A stretch of DNA of 64,000 bases from a virus. Each line of letters starts with the position of its first letter. Positions within the stretch are counted from its first letter, which is position 1. The position numbers were made by a program, and so were the translations under genes. Below, one piece after another: positions 37,897 to 46,578 of the stretch. The notes below the pieces were generated by a model. The model was not told the origin of the DNA, did not search any database, and saw only the letters and a list, made by a program, of their open reading frames with translations. The stretch is taken from the IMG/VR virus record IMGVR_UViG_3300033149_004566, positions 1 through 64,000 of that record; one strand, 5' to 3'.

Positions 37897-38334
37897 TCAT
37901 TCATATATAAATGTTTCGTCCGCCGGCACGAACACGTCGTCAACATTCATGGCGTGCTCGTTGATTATCTTCATGTCTGGAAAGACCGCCATGTCGAGAT
38001 CAAAATTGTAAGGATCGAACCTGATCACGGCATTGATTCCGCACTCTTTCATGCGATGCGATACGAAAGCTGACAGATCCCTGAGAGTGAGCTCGAACCA
38101 TAAATCCAGCACCGCATATTTTGCAAAACTATCCAAATGTTCTATTGCCGTTAATTTATCATTGGATACCAGGACTACGTGCTTGTATTTTATCACGCGC
38201 GCGCTGTCACTTGGATACATGTCGCGATACGTCCGCATGTCAAATTCGGTCACGCGCGCCTTTATCTCGTCGAAAAAATCGTGAATTTTTTTCATGAACT
38301 CTTCATAAATTTTTTTCACGACCCTGCACTGCAA
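37897..38334 (-). CDS. Hypothetical protein (paralog of 39421..39918)
   Basis: YEEFMKKIHDFFDEIKA..HVVLVSNDKL vs YDELVRDINKIFDDIRA..HFVVVCDKVL. Confidence 0.65.
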   Translation of the reverse strand: MQCRVVKKIYEEFMKKIHDFFDEIKARVTEFDMRTYRDMYPSDSARVIKYKHVVLVSNDKLTAIEHLDSFAKYAVLDLWFELTLRDLSAFVSHRMKECGINAVIRFDPYNFDLDMAVFPDMKIINEHAMNVDDVFVPADETFIYE

Positions 38335-38339
38335 CGACG

Positions 38340-38831
38340 TCAGATTGAACTGCCTGATAATGGTATCAAGCCTCCTTTCAATTCAATTTTTGGCTCTGCA
38401 ATTACAGCGATATTGCGGCTAATTCTCAACAATATCATGCCCAGGCCGGAATCCTTTTGGATGAACCCGTAGTTCGTGTCGCGAAGATATTCACGAATGG
38501 CGCTGAAAAAATTCTCCAACAATTCTTGATATTTTTTACACAGCGCGCGCAACAATCTCATCGATAGATTGCATTGCACGTCGTCCAACTTTTCTCCGCT
38601 GACCAAGCACATGTTTTCATGAGTGACGGCGTGCAATTTTTCTCCGTCATCCGGCTCATATAATAACAGCTTCATCCTGAGGGGTTTTACCCATTCCCGG
38701 GCACGGCGCACGAAATCTCTCACGCTGTCAAATTTCCTTTCGCAAACATCCACTATCTTCTTGATGTCGTCCAAGTTGACATGATAACAGTCCATGAAAT
38801 TGATCACGAGCAACGGATCGGTCTTAATCAC
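38340..38831 (-). CDS. Hypothetical protein (paralog of 38828..39268; start trimmed)
   Basis: FMDCYH..IKK and RDTNYGFIQKDSGLG; GTG overlaps upstream stop. Confidence 0.75.
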   Translation of the reverse strand: MIKTDPLLVINFMDCYHVNLDDIKKIVDVCERKFDSVRDFVRRAREWVKPLRMKLLLYEPDDGEKLHAVTHENMCLVSGEKLDDVQCNLSMRLLRALCKKYQELLENFFSAIREYLRDTNYGFIQKDSGLGMILLRISRNIAVIAEPKIELKGGLIPLSGSSI

Positions 38832-39268
38832 ACCATTTCCTCCATGAACTTCGACGGCTCGGGTATTTTCTGGATGTCGCGCATCACTCTCATCACGATT
38901 ATTCCAACGCCAGTATCCTTTATTATGAACGTGTAATTCGTGTCGCGAAACAATTTTTTGATCCGCAGAAAAAACTCTTGCATCATCTTTAAATATTTTT
39001 TGTAGATGGATTCCAGCAACCACGTTGCCCTGTCCATGTACTGCATCGTCATGCCTTCTTGCATGACCAGATACAGCGTGCCGACGCGCACCCGTTCGAT
39101 GCTTGCATGGGGAGGATACGTGCACAGGATGAGAGTGGTTTTTCGCAACCACTGCCGCACGTCATCGAAAAATTTTTTGATGAACTCGAACTCCGCGCGG
39201 CACCTCGCAACCGTGTCCTTGATGTAGTCGTTGTCGTAATGGTAACAGTTCATGAATTTCACGGACAA
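38828..39268 (-). CDS. Hypothetical protein (paralog of 38340..38831)
   Basis: FMNCYH..IKD and RDTNYTFIIKDTGVG. Confidence 0.75.
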   Translation of the reverse strand: MSVKFMNCYHYDNDYIKDTVARCRAEFEFIKKFFDDVRQWLRKTTLILCTYPPHASIERVRVGTLYLVMQEGMTMQYMDRATWLLESIYKKYLKMMQEFFLRIKKLFRDTNYTFIIKDTGVGIIVMRVMRDIQKIPEPSKFMEEMV

Positions 39269-39420
39269 TTCCGGGTCTACTTTTGGACGATAAATCGCTT
39301 TTCACACTCCTTACAGGTTATGATCAAATGTTTCGGGCCGTCGGACGTTGACGTGACCTCGATGTGGAACGCGTCGCAGCCGCAGTAGGGGCACTTAATT
39401 TTACCACGCATCACTTTCAA

Positions 39421-39918
39421 TCACGCCACTTCCCACACGTCAATTGCCGCCTCCAACACCACGTGATGATCGATAGATAAGATGACGCTCGGCTCGAAAC
39501 TATATATAAGAAAATCCTGCATGCAGACCAGCCCGCTCGCGTTCATGACGTTATACGTGTCGTACATGCGCGTTGCTATCTTGACATCCAGGCCATAATC
39601 GATGCTCGAAAACGCGCTCTTACACCACCTTCTCTCGTCGTCAGATAGCACTTTATCGCACACCACCACGAAATGATGAAACATCACGGCGTGATCCGGG
39701 TCGAGGCGCTGCACTTCCGAGTATTTTTTCACGTGCACGTCTTCAGGGGGTAACGCCCTTATATCGTCAAATATCTTATTGATATCACGGACGAGCTCGT
39801 CGTAATAATGTCTTGCCATTTTTACCTGACTTTCCGTCAAATCCTTACAAAATAACAATAAACGTCCCTCACATGCGAATTTCCGGCTCTGACACGCGTT
39901 CAAAGTCCCGATTGACAA
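39421..39918 (-). CDS. Hypothetical protein
   Basis: Paralog of 37897..38334. Confidence 0.65.
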   Translation of the reverse strand: MSIGTLNACQSRKFACEGRLLLFCKDLTESQVKMARHYYDELVRDINKIFDDIRALPPEDVHVKKYSEVQRLDPDHAVMFHHFVVVCDKVLSDDERRWCKSAFSSIDYGLDVKIATRMYDTYNVMNASGLVCMQDFLIYSFEPSVILSIDHHVVLEAAIDVWEVA

Positions 39919-40399
39919 TCATGGTGCACTCATTATCATCATGAAATAAAGTAATGGACTTTAACATCATGTACGACGCGAGATCTTCAATCTGCCCCAG
40001 ATAAATTTCCAGCCTCTCCCGCATTTGATAGCTAGAATTTGTCATGAAACTCGCCAATTTTCCCATGTCCGCTGAAGGGTCGACTTGCAAGAACTTGACC
40101 CAGCGCGTGTAGTAAACGTCGTTAGATGAATTTCCTCGCCACGCCCCACGGAAGCCAAACTCCACGTCAAGCCCGCGCTCTGAAACTTCATATTGAAATT
40201 TTGACATTTCCATGTCCAAGCGTTTCAATATCTCGATAATTGAATTTACGAGCATGTTTTTTTGATGTTGCTCGATATTGCGGCTGAAAATTGTCAACTT
40301 CATTCGGCCAATCTTTCTTCTCAATACATTGCACCCAAACAATTTAAATCGATGCGAGACGTATTCCATCTCTTCTTTAGATGGACAGATCAACAGCAC
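39869..40399 (-). CDS. Hypothetical protein (paralog of 40390..~40880)
   Basis: KLTIFS, YYTRWVKF, LFHDDNECTMIV. Confidence 0.7.
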   Translation of the reverse strand: MLLICPSKEEMEYVSHRFKLFGCNVLRRKIGRMKLTIFSRNIEQHQKNMLVNSIIEILKRLDMEMSKFQYEVSERGLDVEFGFRGAWRGNSSNDVYYTRWVKFLQVDPSADMGKLASFMTNSSYQMRERLEIYLGQIEDLASYMMLKSITLFHDDNECTMIVNRDFERVSEPEIRM

Positions 40400-40878
40400 G
40401 ATTCAGCCGCCCCGCTAATGAATACGGTGCATTCATAGTTGTCGTGGAACAACACGTACCCGTCCACATCCAGCTTGTAGGATAGAGAGCCGACGTAGTA
40501 ATCCACGTAATCACGCACGCCATTAGCATTCAGGTCGAGGTACCCGTGATGCATCTGTCCGAACGTGCAATGAAACCTAACGCCATTAGTCCAGTACGTC
40601 TTCGCATTCCAAGACGCGTCGTCTGGAATCTTAATATAAGTAAATTCAGGAAAATAACCCAACTCCATGATGCCTTTCTTGAACGCGGACAACCTTTCAT
40701 CCAATTCTTCCAATTGTTCCGTGCACGTTGCGAGCACGGCGTCATCTATTTCGGCCGCGGAGAAAATCTTCAGCGACACGTTCTCAAAGCATTTTGACAC
40801 GACGTGTCCGGATTCGGTACCGATTTTCGCCTTCATTGCGCTGATTTCGGATCGCAGCGGGTTGATGATTACCAGAAT
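40390..40878 (-). CDS. Hypothetical protein (start approximate)
   Basis: SLKIFS, YWTNGVRF, LFHDNYECTVFI. Confidence 0.65.
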   Translation of the reverse strand: MLVIINPLRSEISAMKAKIGTESGHVVSKCFENVSLKIFSAAEIDDAVLATCTEQLEELDERLSAFKKGIMELGYFPEFTYIKIPDDASWNAKTYWTNGVRFHCTFGQMHHGYLDLNANGVRDYVDYYVGSLSYKLDVDGYVLFHDNYECTVFISGAAESCC

Positions 40879-41279
40879 TTTAAAGACCTCGCACTGCTTT
40901 TTCTGGTTCGCGGGCTGTCGAAAACGAAGTCGCAGACCAGGTGATTTACCACGCCAAAGAAAGCCGCAACCGGTAGTATTATCAGATAGAAGTGAAGTAA
41001 CACTCCGGCCGCCCACGGGGCCGCGAAGATGAATGCCGCCGCGATTGAGTGGAAGTGTCCCCTGTGCTTGACATGACGCTTTAGGATTTTTCCGATGGGG
41101 GTTCTGGGGTGATCCCAGTCGGGGAATGTAACTCCGATGTAGTATGGGATTAGAGCCGCCATGATTAGAATTGCAAGGATGACATCAGATGGAGAGACCA
41201 CGAAGATTAGAATTGACGTCATTTGTGCAGCGACGGCGGCGAATGCGAGGTGTTCCATTAGATTTCCCATGGCAATCAT
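40869..41279 (-). CDS. Membrane-bound metal-dependent hydrolase (YdjM-like)
   Basis: H..., FPDWDH, HRGHFHS, HLVCD with hydrophobic segments. Confidence 0.8.
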   Translation of the reverse strand: MIAMGNLMEHLAFAAVAAQMTSILIFVVSPSDVILAILIMAALIPYYIGVTFPDWDHPRTPIGKILKRHVKHRGHFHSIAAAFIFAAPWAAGVLLHFYLIILPVAAFFGVVNHLVCDFVFDSPRTRKSSARSLKFW

Positions 41280-41539
41280 TCCTCCGATTTTTCATTGGTG
41301 CGGATTTCGCACCCGGCTGCAGGCGGTTCTCTGAGAATTTTTTGGCCGGCTGGACGGCATTGTCTCGGGCCCGCCACCCCTAACATGGGCCCGACACGCC
41401 CCGTGACAATTGAAATAGGAATGCTGTAATTTTCCGGATGTTGATCTAGAGAAGATCTTCCGGATCGTATTTTTAGATTCATTCTATCACCATCCATCCC
41501 GTTTAAAACGGGTTGAATTCGTATTTTCCGAAACCCGGG

Positions 41540-41845
41540 GCTGCGAAAATTTTTTTACGGTATTGGCGAATACCGTATAATCTTCGAGCAGGGAGAGGAT
41601 TTCGGCGCGATCTTTTCTATAAATGGATTTTCTCATTTTTTACGGTATTAACGGTATATAAATACCCCTTAAAAAATATTTTTTTTTTATTTTATAATAA
41701 TATATTCTATATATATATATATTAGTGCCCGTAATCCGTAATTCCTGAAATCGAGGAGAGACGACATTTTGGCCGTATCTCTCCGTAGATTGAAAGTTGC
41801 AAATTTATTACGGGCAATAACGGTAAATCGAGGAGAGACGAGATT
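41540..41845. other. AT-rich non-coding region with direct and inverted repeats (origin or packaging-site candidate)
   Basis: (TA)n tract; 17-bp direct repeat AAATCGAGGAGAGACGA at 41748 and 41825; IR TGCCCGTAAT/ATTACGGGCA; palindrome TACGGTATT-GGCG-AATACCGTA. Confidence 0.5.
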
Positions 41846-41851
41846 TTTGTC

Positions 41852-42313
41852 CTACCGCGTCATGTTGTCAAAATAGCATGTCTTGTATGCTTCGTTAGGG
41901 ACGTATAGGTCGTCTATTGGGTGGAACGTGATGCATTCCAAATTGCTGAAGTCCGCCATGAACTCGTCGAAGTCGAATTCGGGGTCGAATAGTGCGTTTT
42001 GTTGGATGTCTTTGAGTAGTTCTGACGTGAATGCGCGTTCGGGGTTGATGTTCTTGAATATGTCCCAGTATTTTTCGATGATTTTCTTGTCGTTTTCTGT
42101 TGGTTGCTTGCTGTTGTTGTTTTGCTGTTTTTTATTATTGGTTGTTCGCCGCATGTTTCTTTCAATCCTCGGCTGGTAATAGTGTCGCACGATTGCGCGA
42201 ATTGCATGAGCCCGGCTTTCAAAAACACCGGACTCGATGTCTCTTTGGAGTTCCTCATGGAACGCCTTAAGTAACCGCACCCTAATGTAGGGCCCAAACT
42301 GAGCGTATGTCAA
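41852..42313 (-). CDS. Ribbon-helix-helix (CopG-like) DNA-binding protein with extra C-terminal domain
   Basis: IRVRL...ELQRDIESGVFESRAHAIRAIVRHY; Asn/Gln/Lys linker. Confidence 0.7.
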   Translation of the reverse strand: MTYAQFGPYIRVRLLKAFHEELQRDIESGVFESRAHAIRAIVRHYYQPRIERNMRRTTNNKKQQNNNSKQPTENDKKIIEKYWDIFKNINPERAFTSELLKDIQQNALFDPEFDFDEFMADFSNLECITFHPIDDLYVPNEAYKTCYFDNMTR

Positions 42314-42370
42314 ATCTATACCCCAAGTTGGTATAGGGTTATGCCAACTCTATACCCTATTTTGGTACAA
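42311..42370. repeat. Cluster of GGYATAG repeats overlapping the RHH gene start/leader
   Basis: 42340..42357 is the exact reverse complement of 18820..18837. Confidence 0.75.
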
Positions 42371-42391
42371 GTTTTTTTATGCCCAATCACA

Positions 42392-42426
42392 TATATAAAT
42401 GTTTCGGTCACCGAAAGATTTATATA
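42392..42426. promoter_or_regulatory. Back-to-back divergent archaeal BRE-TATA promoters
   Basis: CCGAAACATTTATATA (minus) and CCGAAAGATTTATATA (plus), 3 bp apart, at the strand switch. Confidence 0.8.
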
Positions 42427-42684
42427 GGATGAAATACTATATTACTCTAGGTATGTTAAATTTCTTCGGATATTATTATATTTATAAAAAGCCATCTCTT
42501 CGAGAGCGGTCTGGAGAGCATTCTGATGATCATGGAAGAGACACGGCGAAATTTAAAGGAGGCAAGACATCACGAGTGAATTGATAAAGTGCCCGGAATG
42601 CGGCGAGTCGTATTATCTCGACGAGCTGGTACGGGTTAAATACAAGGATAGAGAGATTGACGTCAGTACTAAATAATTTGGGAG

Positions 42685-43422
42685 ATGCCCGGCGTGTCTA
42701 AATGCAAGGTATGCGATCAGCCGTTCACGGCCGAGATGGAGCGGCTGCGGCTAAAGCTGCCAGTCCTCTCGTATGACCGCGTCCGCGAATGGTTGCGCGT
42801 CAAGCACAACTTTAGCGTGTCCAGAGATACCTTGATACGCCACTTCAGAGAGCATGTCAGAGCTCCCGAAAATAATTCGTGCAAGATCTGTGCCGCAGGC
42901 CTCGCCGATGAAATTGCTAATTTTGTCATGAAAGGGGCCCACCCATCGATCATCGCACGGTTCTGCCGCGAAAAAGGACACGACATAAAGGAGCCTGATG
43001 TTCATTCCCACCTGGAGCACATGGAGGTCGAAGATAATGAAGACCACGTCGTGGCCGCCCGGGTGGTGGAATTAGAGACAAAGAGAGACCTCAGATCACT
43101 AGACGAAATCGAGGAACTCGGAAAATTGATCTATAAACGAATGGACAGGATCAAAAGGCTCGAAGAAAGGGTGGAATCGGTAACGGGCCCCGACTCCAAA
43201 ACGCTAAAAGAAATCGACGCGCTGCAAAAAAACCTGATCGAATACCACAAGCTAAGGCAAAACATCGGGCAGATCGATACCGTGCAAAAAGCACAGCTTA
43301 ACATGGTTCTAATTCAGCAGGTATCAACGCTGCCAAAAGAACGCGTCAGCGATCTCGTCAATCTATTAAAATCTAAACTCGGCATGGAGGATAAAGAAAT
43401 TCCTAAAATATCCGTTAAATAG
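42685..43422 (+). CDS. Putative terminase small subunit / DNA-binding protein with two CxxC..H..H repeats
   Basis: CKVC..HFREH and CKIC..HLEH repeats, coiled-coil C-terminus; first large gene of the late arm. Confidence 0.5.
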   Translation: MPGVSKCKVCDQPFTAEMERLRLKLPVLSYDRVREWLRVKHNFSVSRDTLIRHFREHVRAPENNSCKICAAGLADEIANFVMKGAHPSIIARFCREKGHDIKEPDVHSHLEHMEVEDNEDHVVAARVVELETKRDLRSLDEIEELGKLIYKRMDRIKRLEERVESVTGPDSKTLKEIDALQKNLIEYHKLRQNIGQIDTVQKAQLNMVLIQQVSTLPKERVSDLVNLLKSKLGMEDKEIPKISVK

Positions 43423-43514
43423 GTGCAAACGCGCTTGAAATCGTTTATTTTTATATGGATACCCCCCATGCCCTTTCATGAGAGAAAAATTTTTAAAACA
43501 CGGACGACGAAAAG

Positions 43515-44231
43515 ATGAATAATGAAATTTACCTCAACGAGGCGCTCCGCCTGTATCTTGACGAGTATGACTTCATGACCTGGGGGCCGGAGAAGTGGAA
43601 GAGCCACATCGAGCATGCGAAGCTCAAGGAGCAGCACGGTGCTTTGAAGAAGGCCGCGAGGGAAAGATACACGGCTGCCAAGAAGCAGCGTGAGGAGCTG
43701 CTCAAGGCCAGGTACGGTGGCGTCACGGGCAAGAAGATACATAAGGAGGCGAGGAAGGTTCTCAGGCAGAAGAAAAAGTACCGCAAGGCGTCTGAGAGTG
43801 CCGCCAAGCATGCAGAAAGGATTTCCGGTTTTTCCGGCGCGCTAAAGGCCGCGCAAGAGCTCAAGAATAAGAGAATCGCCAAAAAGCTCGAAAAGAAAGT
43901 GCAAAGGGCGCGGCGAAAGGGCGAGGCCGCCATCAAAAAACACGCGGAGCTATCGCAACAGCGCGCCGCCGCGAGAATTGCGGCCGGAAGATTCAGGAAG
44001 CCGGCCAAGGAAAAAGTCCCAAAATTCAAGCAGTGGCTCGCCGAAAGAAACAAGCCGCCGGTTGCGGGCGCCGCCACGAAGAAAAAAGGACGGTCGAAAA
44101 TATCTGAGTCCACGCGGAGATTTAAACTCATCGGCAAGAACAAGCCGAAGAAGGTCAAGGCGTCATCCGATGACAACTTTGACGCCGAAAAAATCTTGAG
44201 AAGCGTGACACGCCACACGAAGGGCCTGTGA
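43515..44231 (+). CDS. Highly basic Lys/Arg/Ala-rich protein (putative core/DNA-condensing)
   Basis: Composition; short acidic N-terminal leader. Confidence 0.7.
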   Translation: MNNEIYLNEALRLYLDEYDFMTWGPEKWKSHIEHAKLKEQHGALKKAARERYTAAKKQREELLKARYGGVTGKKIHKEARKVLRQKKKYRKASESAAKHAERISGFSGALKAAQELKNKRIAKKLEKKVQRARRKGEAAIKKHAELSQQRAAARIAAGRFRKPAKEKVPKFKQWLAERNKPPVAGAATKKKGRSKISESTRRFKLIGKNKPKKVKASSDDNFDAEKILRSVTRHTKGL

Positions 44232-45011
44232 TGAACGTCAAAATCTACGCGAACGAAGCCGTGCAACTCCGCGTCGAGCAATACGGCGGAATCCTGGATC
44301 GCATCCTCGGAAGAACGCCGGAACGGCTCCGAAAAAAAGGCCGAGAAAGAACGGAAAAAACAGGAGTACGCGGCGCACCGGAAAAAAATCCTCGGGCCAT
44401 ATGAAAAAAAAATGAGAGAGTACAGCGAGCGGCTGAGGGCAATCGGCCCCGGAAACGTGACCGGCAAGAAAGCCCTCAAGCGCGCGAGAAAAACCATGAA
44501 AAATGAGAAAAAACTGCAAAAACTCGGTAAAAAGCGCGAGAAAGCCGCCGAAACCCTGCAGAAATGGCAGGCGGCCAGCGAAGCCGCGAGAAACCTCGGC
44601 GGAAGAAAGGGCGAGAAAATCCGGGCGCGAATAAAGAAGGGCACCAAAAAACACCACGAAAAGCATGAGGACATCATCAGAAAACACGTTGGCGCGGTGA
44701 CATCCCATGAGCGCGCCAAGGAAGTTGTTAAAAAGTTTAAAGAGCCCCAGAAGCCGAACGTGCCGTCGTTCGGGCAGTTCAAGGCCGGAAAACCCGCGCC
44801 GGCATCGAAACCGGTGTCGAAAATTGCGAGATCCACGCAGAGACTGCGCGCGGTAGTTCAAAAACCAGTTCAAAAACCAGTTCAAAAACCAGCTCAAGTT
44901 CCGCAGCGGAAGCCGATCCCTCCGGGTTATAAACCCAGGCATTTCAGGACTTACGGCTCGGTCGTTCACAAGCCGAAATATACCGTGAAAGGATTAAACG
45001 TGGGTGATTGA
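44231..45011 (+). CDS. Highly basic paralog, interrupted by a +1 frameshift at the A7 run (44332..44338)
   Basis: MNVKIYANEAVQLRVEQY matches the N-terminus of the 43515 protein; continues in the 44412 frame. Confidence 0.6.
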
Positions 45012-45394
45012 TCATGTCCATGGATTACGTCAAGGCGCAGCTGTATTCTTCCATCATAGCGGAGCTCTCGAAGCTCGACATCAACACGTTGACGCAGATC
45101 CTTGCGATCATCCGGCGCATTCCAATACAGGAATTTGAAGCTCCGGAAGTCACCATAGAAGGCGTGACTGCACAAGACGCGTGTAATAGGTCTCTGGACT
45201 ATGCAGACTGCATGGAAGAGTTCCACAGGCGCCTCAGAAAGCAGAGAAAATACCTCATAGAAGAATACGAAAAAGTCTATCCAGAGGCAAAGGCCAAGAA
45301 AAAAAAGAAAAAGGTCACGAGATCAAAAAAGAAACAGGCCGCCCTGACCACGCTGGCAATGCTGGCATCGAGGGCCGCGGCCGCATTTAGGTGA
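45008..45394 (+). CDS. Hypothetical virion-associated protein
   Basis: Coupled ORF in late operon. Confidence 0.65.
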   Translation: MIMSMDYVKAQLYSSIIAELSKLDINTLTQILAIIRRIPIQEFEAPEVTIEGVTAQDACNRSLDYADCMEEFHRRLRKQRKYLIEEYEKVYPEAKAKKKKKKVTRSKKKQAALTTLAMLASRAAAAFR

Positions 45395-46170
45395 AATTAA
45401 TGATAGATAAAGGCGTGAAAAAAATAAACGACGATTACATCGTTAGGCAGCTCGAGCTCAGCCCCGAACTGAAATGGGCCATTCCGAAGCCCGATAAATA
45501 CGAAGAAATCGCGGAAAATTATGGTAGAAAAAATCCGGAGCCCGGCAAGATAATTGCCGTTCAAAGGGAAAGGCCCGTCACGTTGTCAGCGGAAAAACAC
45601 GAATACATGGACGGCGCGGTCGAAAAATTGAATGAAGAGGCCGTCGACTTCATGGACGAAATATACCCGTACATGCTCGAGTCAAAAGTAAAAAAGAAAA
45701 AGTCGTCTCCGGCAAGATCTACGGCCAATCCGTCGGGCATTCCTGCCGTCAAGGCGACGGTCAAGGGGTTCGAGGACGATCCATCCATAGAAGAGTACGG
45801 CTTGTTCGACCTCGTCAGCAGGCTGCGCTTTCGGAGCACTGAGAAAAAAATTAAAAGACGCCGTGAAAAACTCAAGAGCCTGAAAGAAAAACAAAGAGAG
45901 CACGAAAAAGGCACAAAAAAACATGGGAGAATTTCCAGGAGACTACGGAGAACAAAAGAGGAAATCGAGGCCCGCGAGAGAAAACAGGGCGAGCGCATCA
46001 TGAAATATTATAATAAATATAAGAAAAAATACGGCAAGGGAAAAGAAGTAAGCAAGAAAAAAGGTTTTCAAGAATTGGTGCGCAAGTTGGCAAGAGGAGA
46101 AGAGAGTGCCAAGAAACAGGCCGTGACGTCCAAGATTAAAAAACAATATAGGAGTGGCGGCGTTGCCTGA
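45391..46170 (+). CDS. Basic hypothetical virion-associated protein
   Basis: Acidic N-half, Lys/Arg-rich C-half after IEEYGLF. Confidence 0.7.
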   Translation: MKLMIDKGVKKINDDYIVRQLELSPELKWAIPKPDKYEEIAENYGRKNPEPGKIIAVQRERPVTLSAEKHEYMDGAVEKLNEEAVDFMDEIYPYMLESKVKKKKSSPARSTANPSGIPAVKATVKGFEDDPSIEEYGLFDLVSRLRFRSTEKKIKRRREKLKSLKEKQREHEKGTKKHGRISRRLRRTKEEIEARERKQGERIMKYYNKYKKKYGKGKEVSKKKGFQELVRKLARGEESAKKQAVTSKIKKQYRSGGVA

Positions 46171-46435
46171 AACGTGGATTTTAAATGGTAGGATTGTTAC
46201 CATGCCGGATGATTGGCGCGAAAGAGAGGTGGACACGAGCCTGATGATATACGAGAACGATTACGGCACCGATTACGACATGCCGTGGCTGGAAAAAATC
46301 CACGTGTCCATGTCCGATGACCAGATCTTGCGCGTGATTGAAAACGAGGATCCGGATCTTTTCTCCGTGACTCGGGTCACGAAAGGAAAGATAGACGCCG
46401 ATCCATCAATATTGACCAAAATGAGGGAATTCTAA
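46154..46435 (+). CDS. Hypothetical protein
   Basis: Coupled ORF. Confidence 0.6.
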   Translation: MAALPETWILNGRIVTMPDDWREREVDTSLMIYENDYGTDYDMPWLEKIHVSMSDDQILRVIENEDPDLFSVTRVTKGKIDADPSILTKMREF

Positions 46436-46578
46436 TGACTGTTACAATGACTTTATACAATACTAAAGCTGAATTTGACACGGCTGCTGCCGAAGTTAGT
46501 TCTTCTGACATTGTCAATGCTGGCGTGGCACAGCGATACCCTGGCAAGCTCGTGTATTACTTGGTAGTGAAATCTTAA
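46435..46578 (+). CDS. 47-aa small protein
   Basis: TAATG overlaps at both ends. Confidence 0.55.
   Translation: MTVTMTLYNTKAEFDTAAAEVSSSDIVNAGVAQRYPGKLVYYLVVKS

Noticed and set aside
38832-39152. N-terminal 107 aa of ORF 38340..39152
   Set aside because: Overlaps the real paralog 38828..39268 in another frame; homology begins only at 38831.
44229-44234. Stop-codon readthrough (Sec/Pyl) joining 43515 to 44412
   Set aside because: Two consecutive TGA codons and a non-homologous intervening frame; the frameshift model fits better.
43529-44836. 435-aa minus-strand ORF and other antisense ORFs across the window
   Set aside because: Shadow frames of Lys/Ala/Arg-rich or otherwise well-supported genes on the opposite strand.
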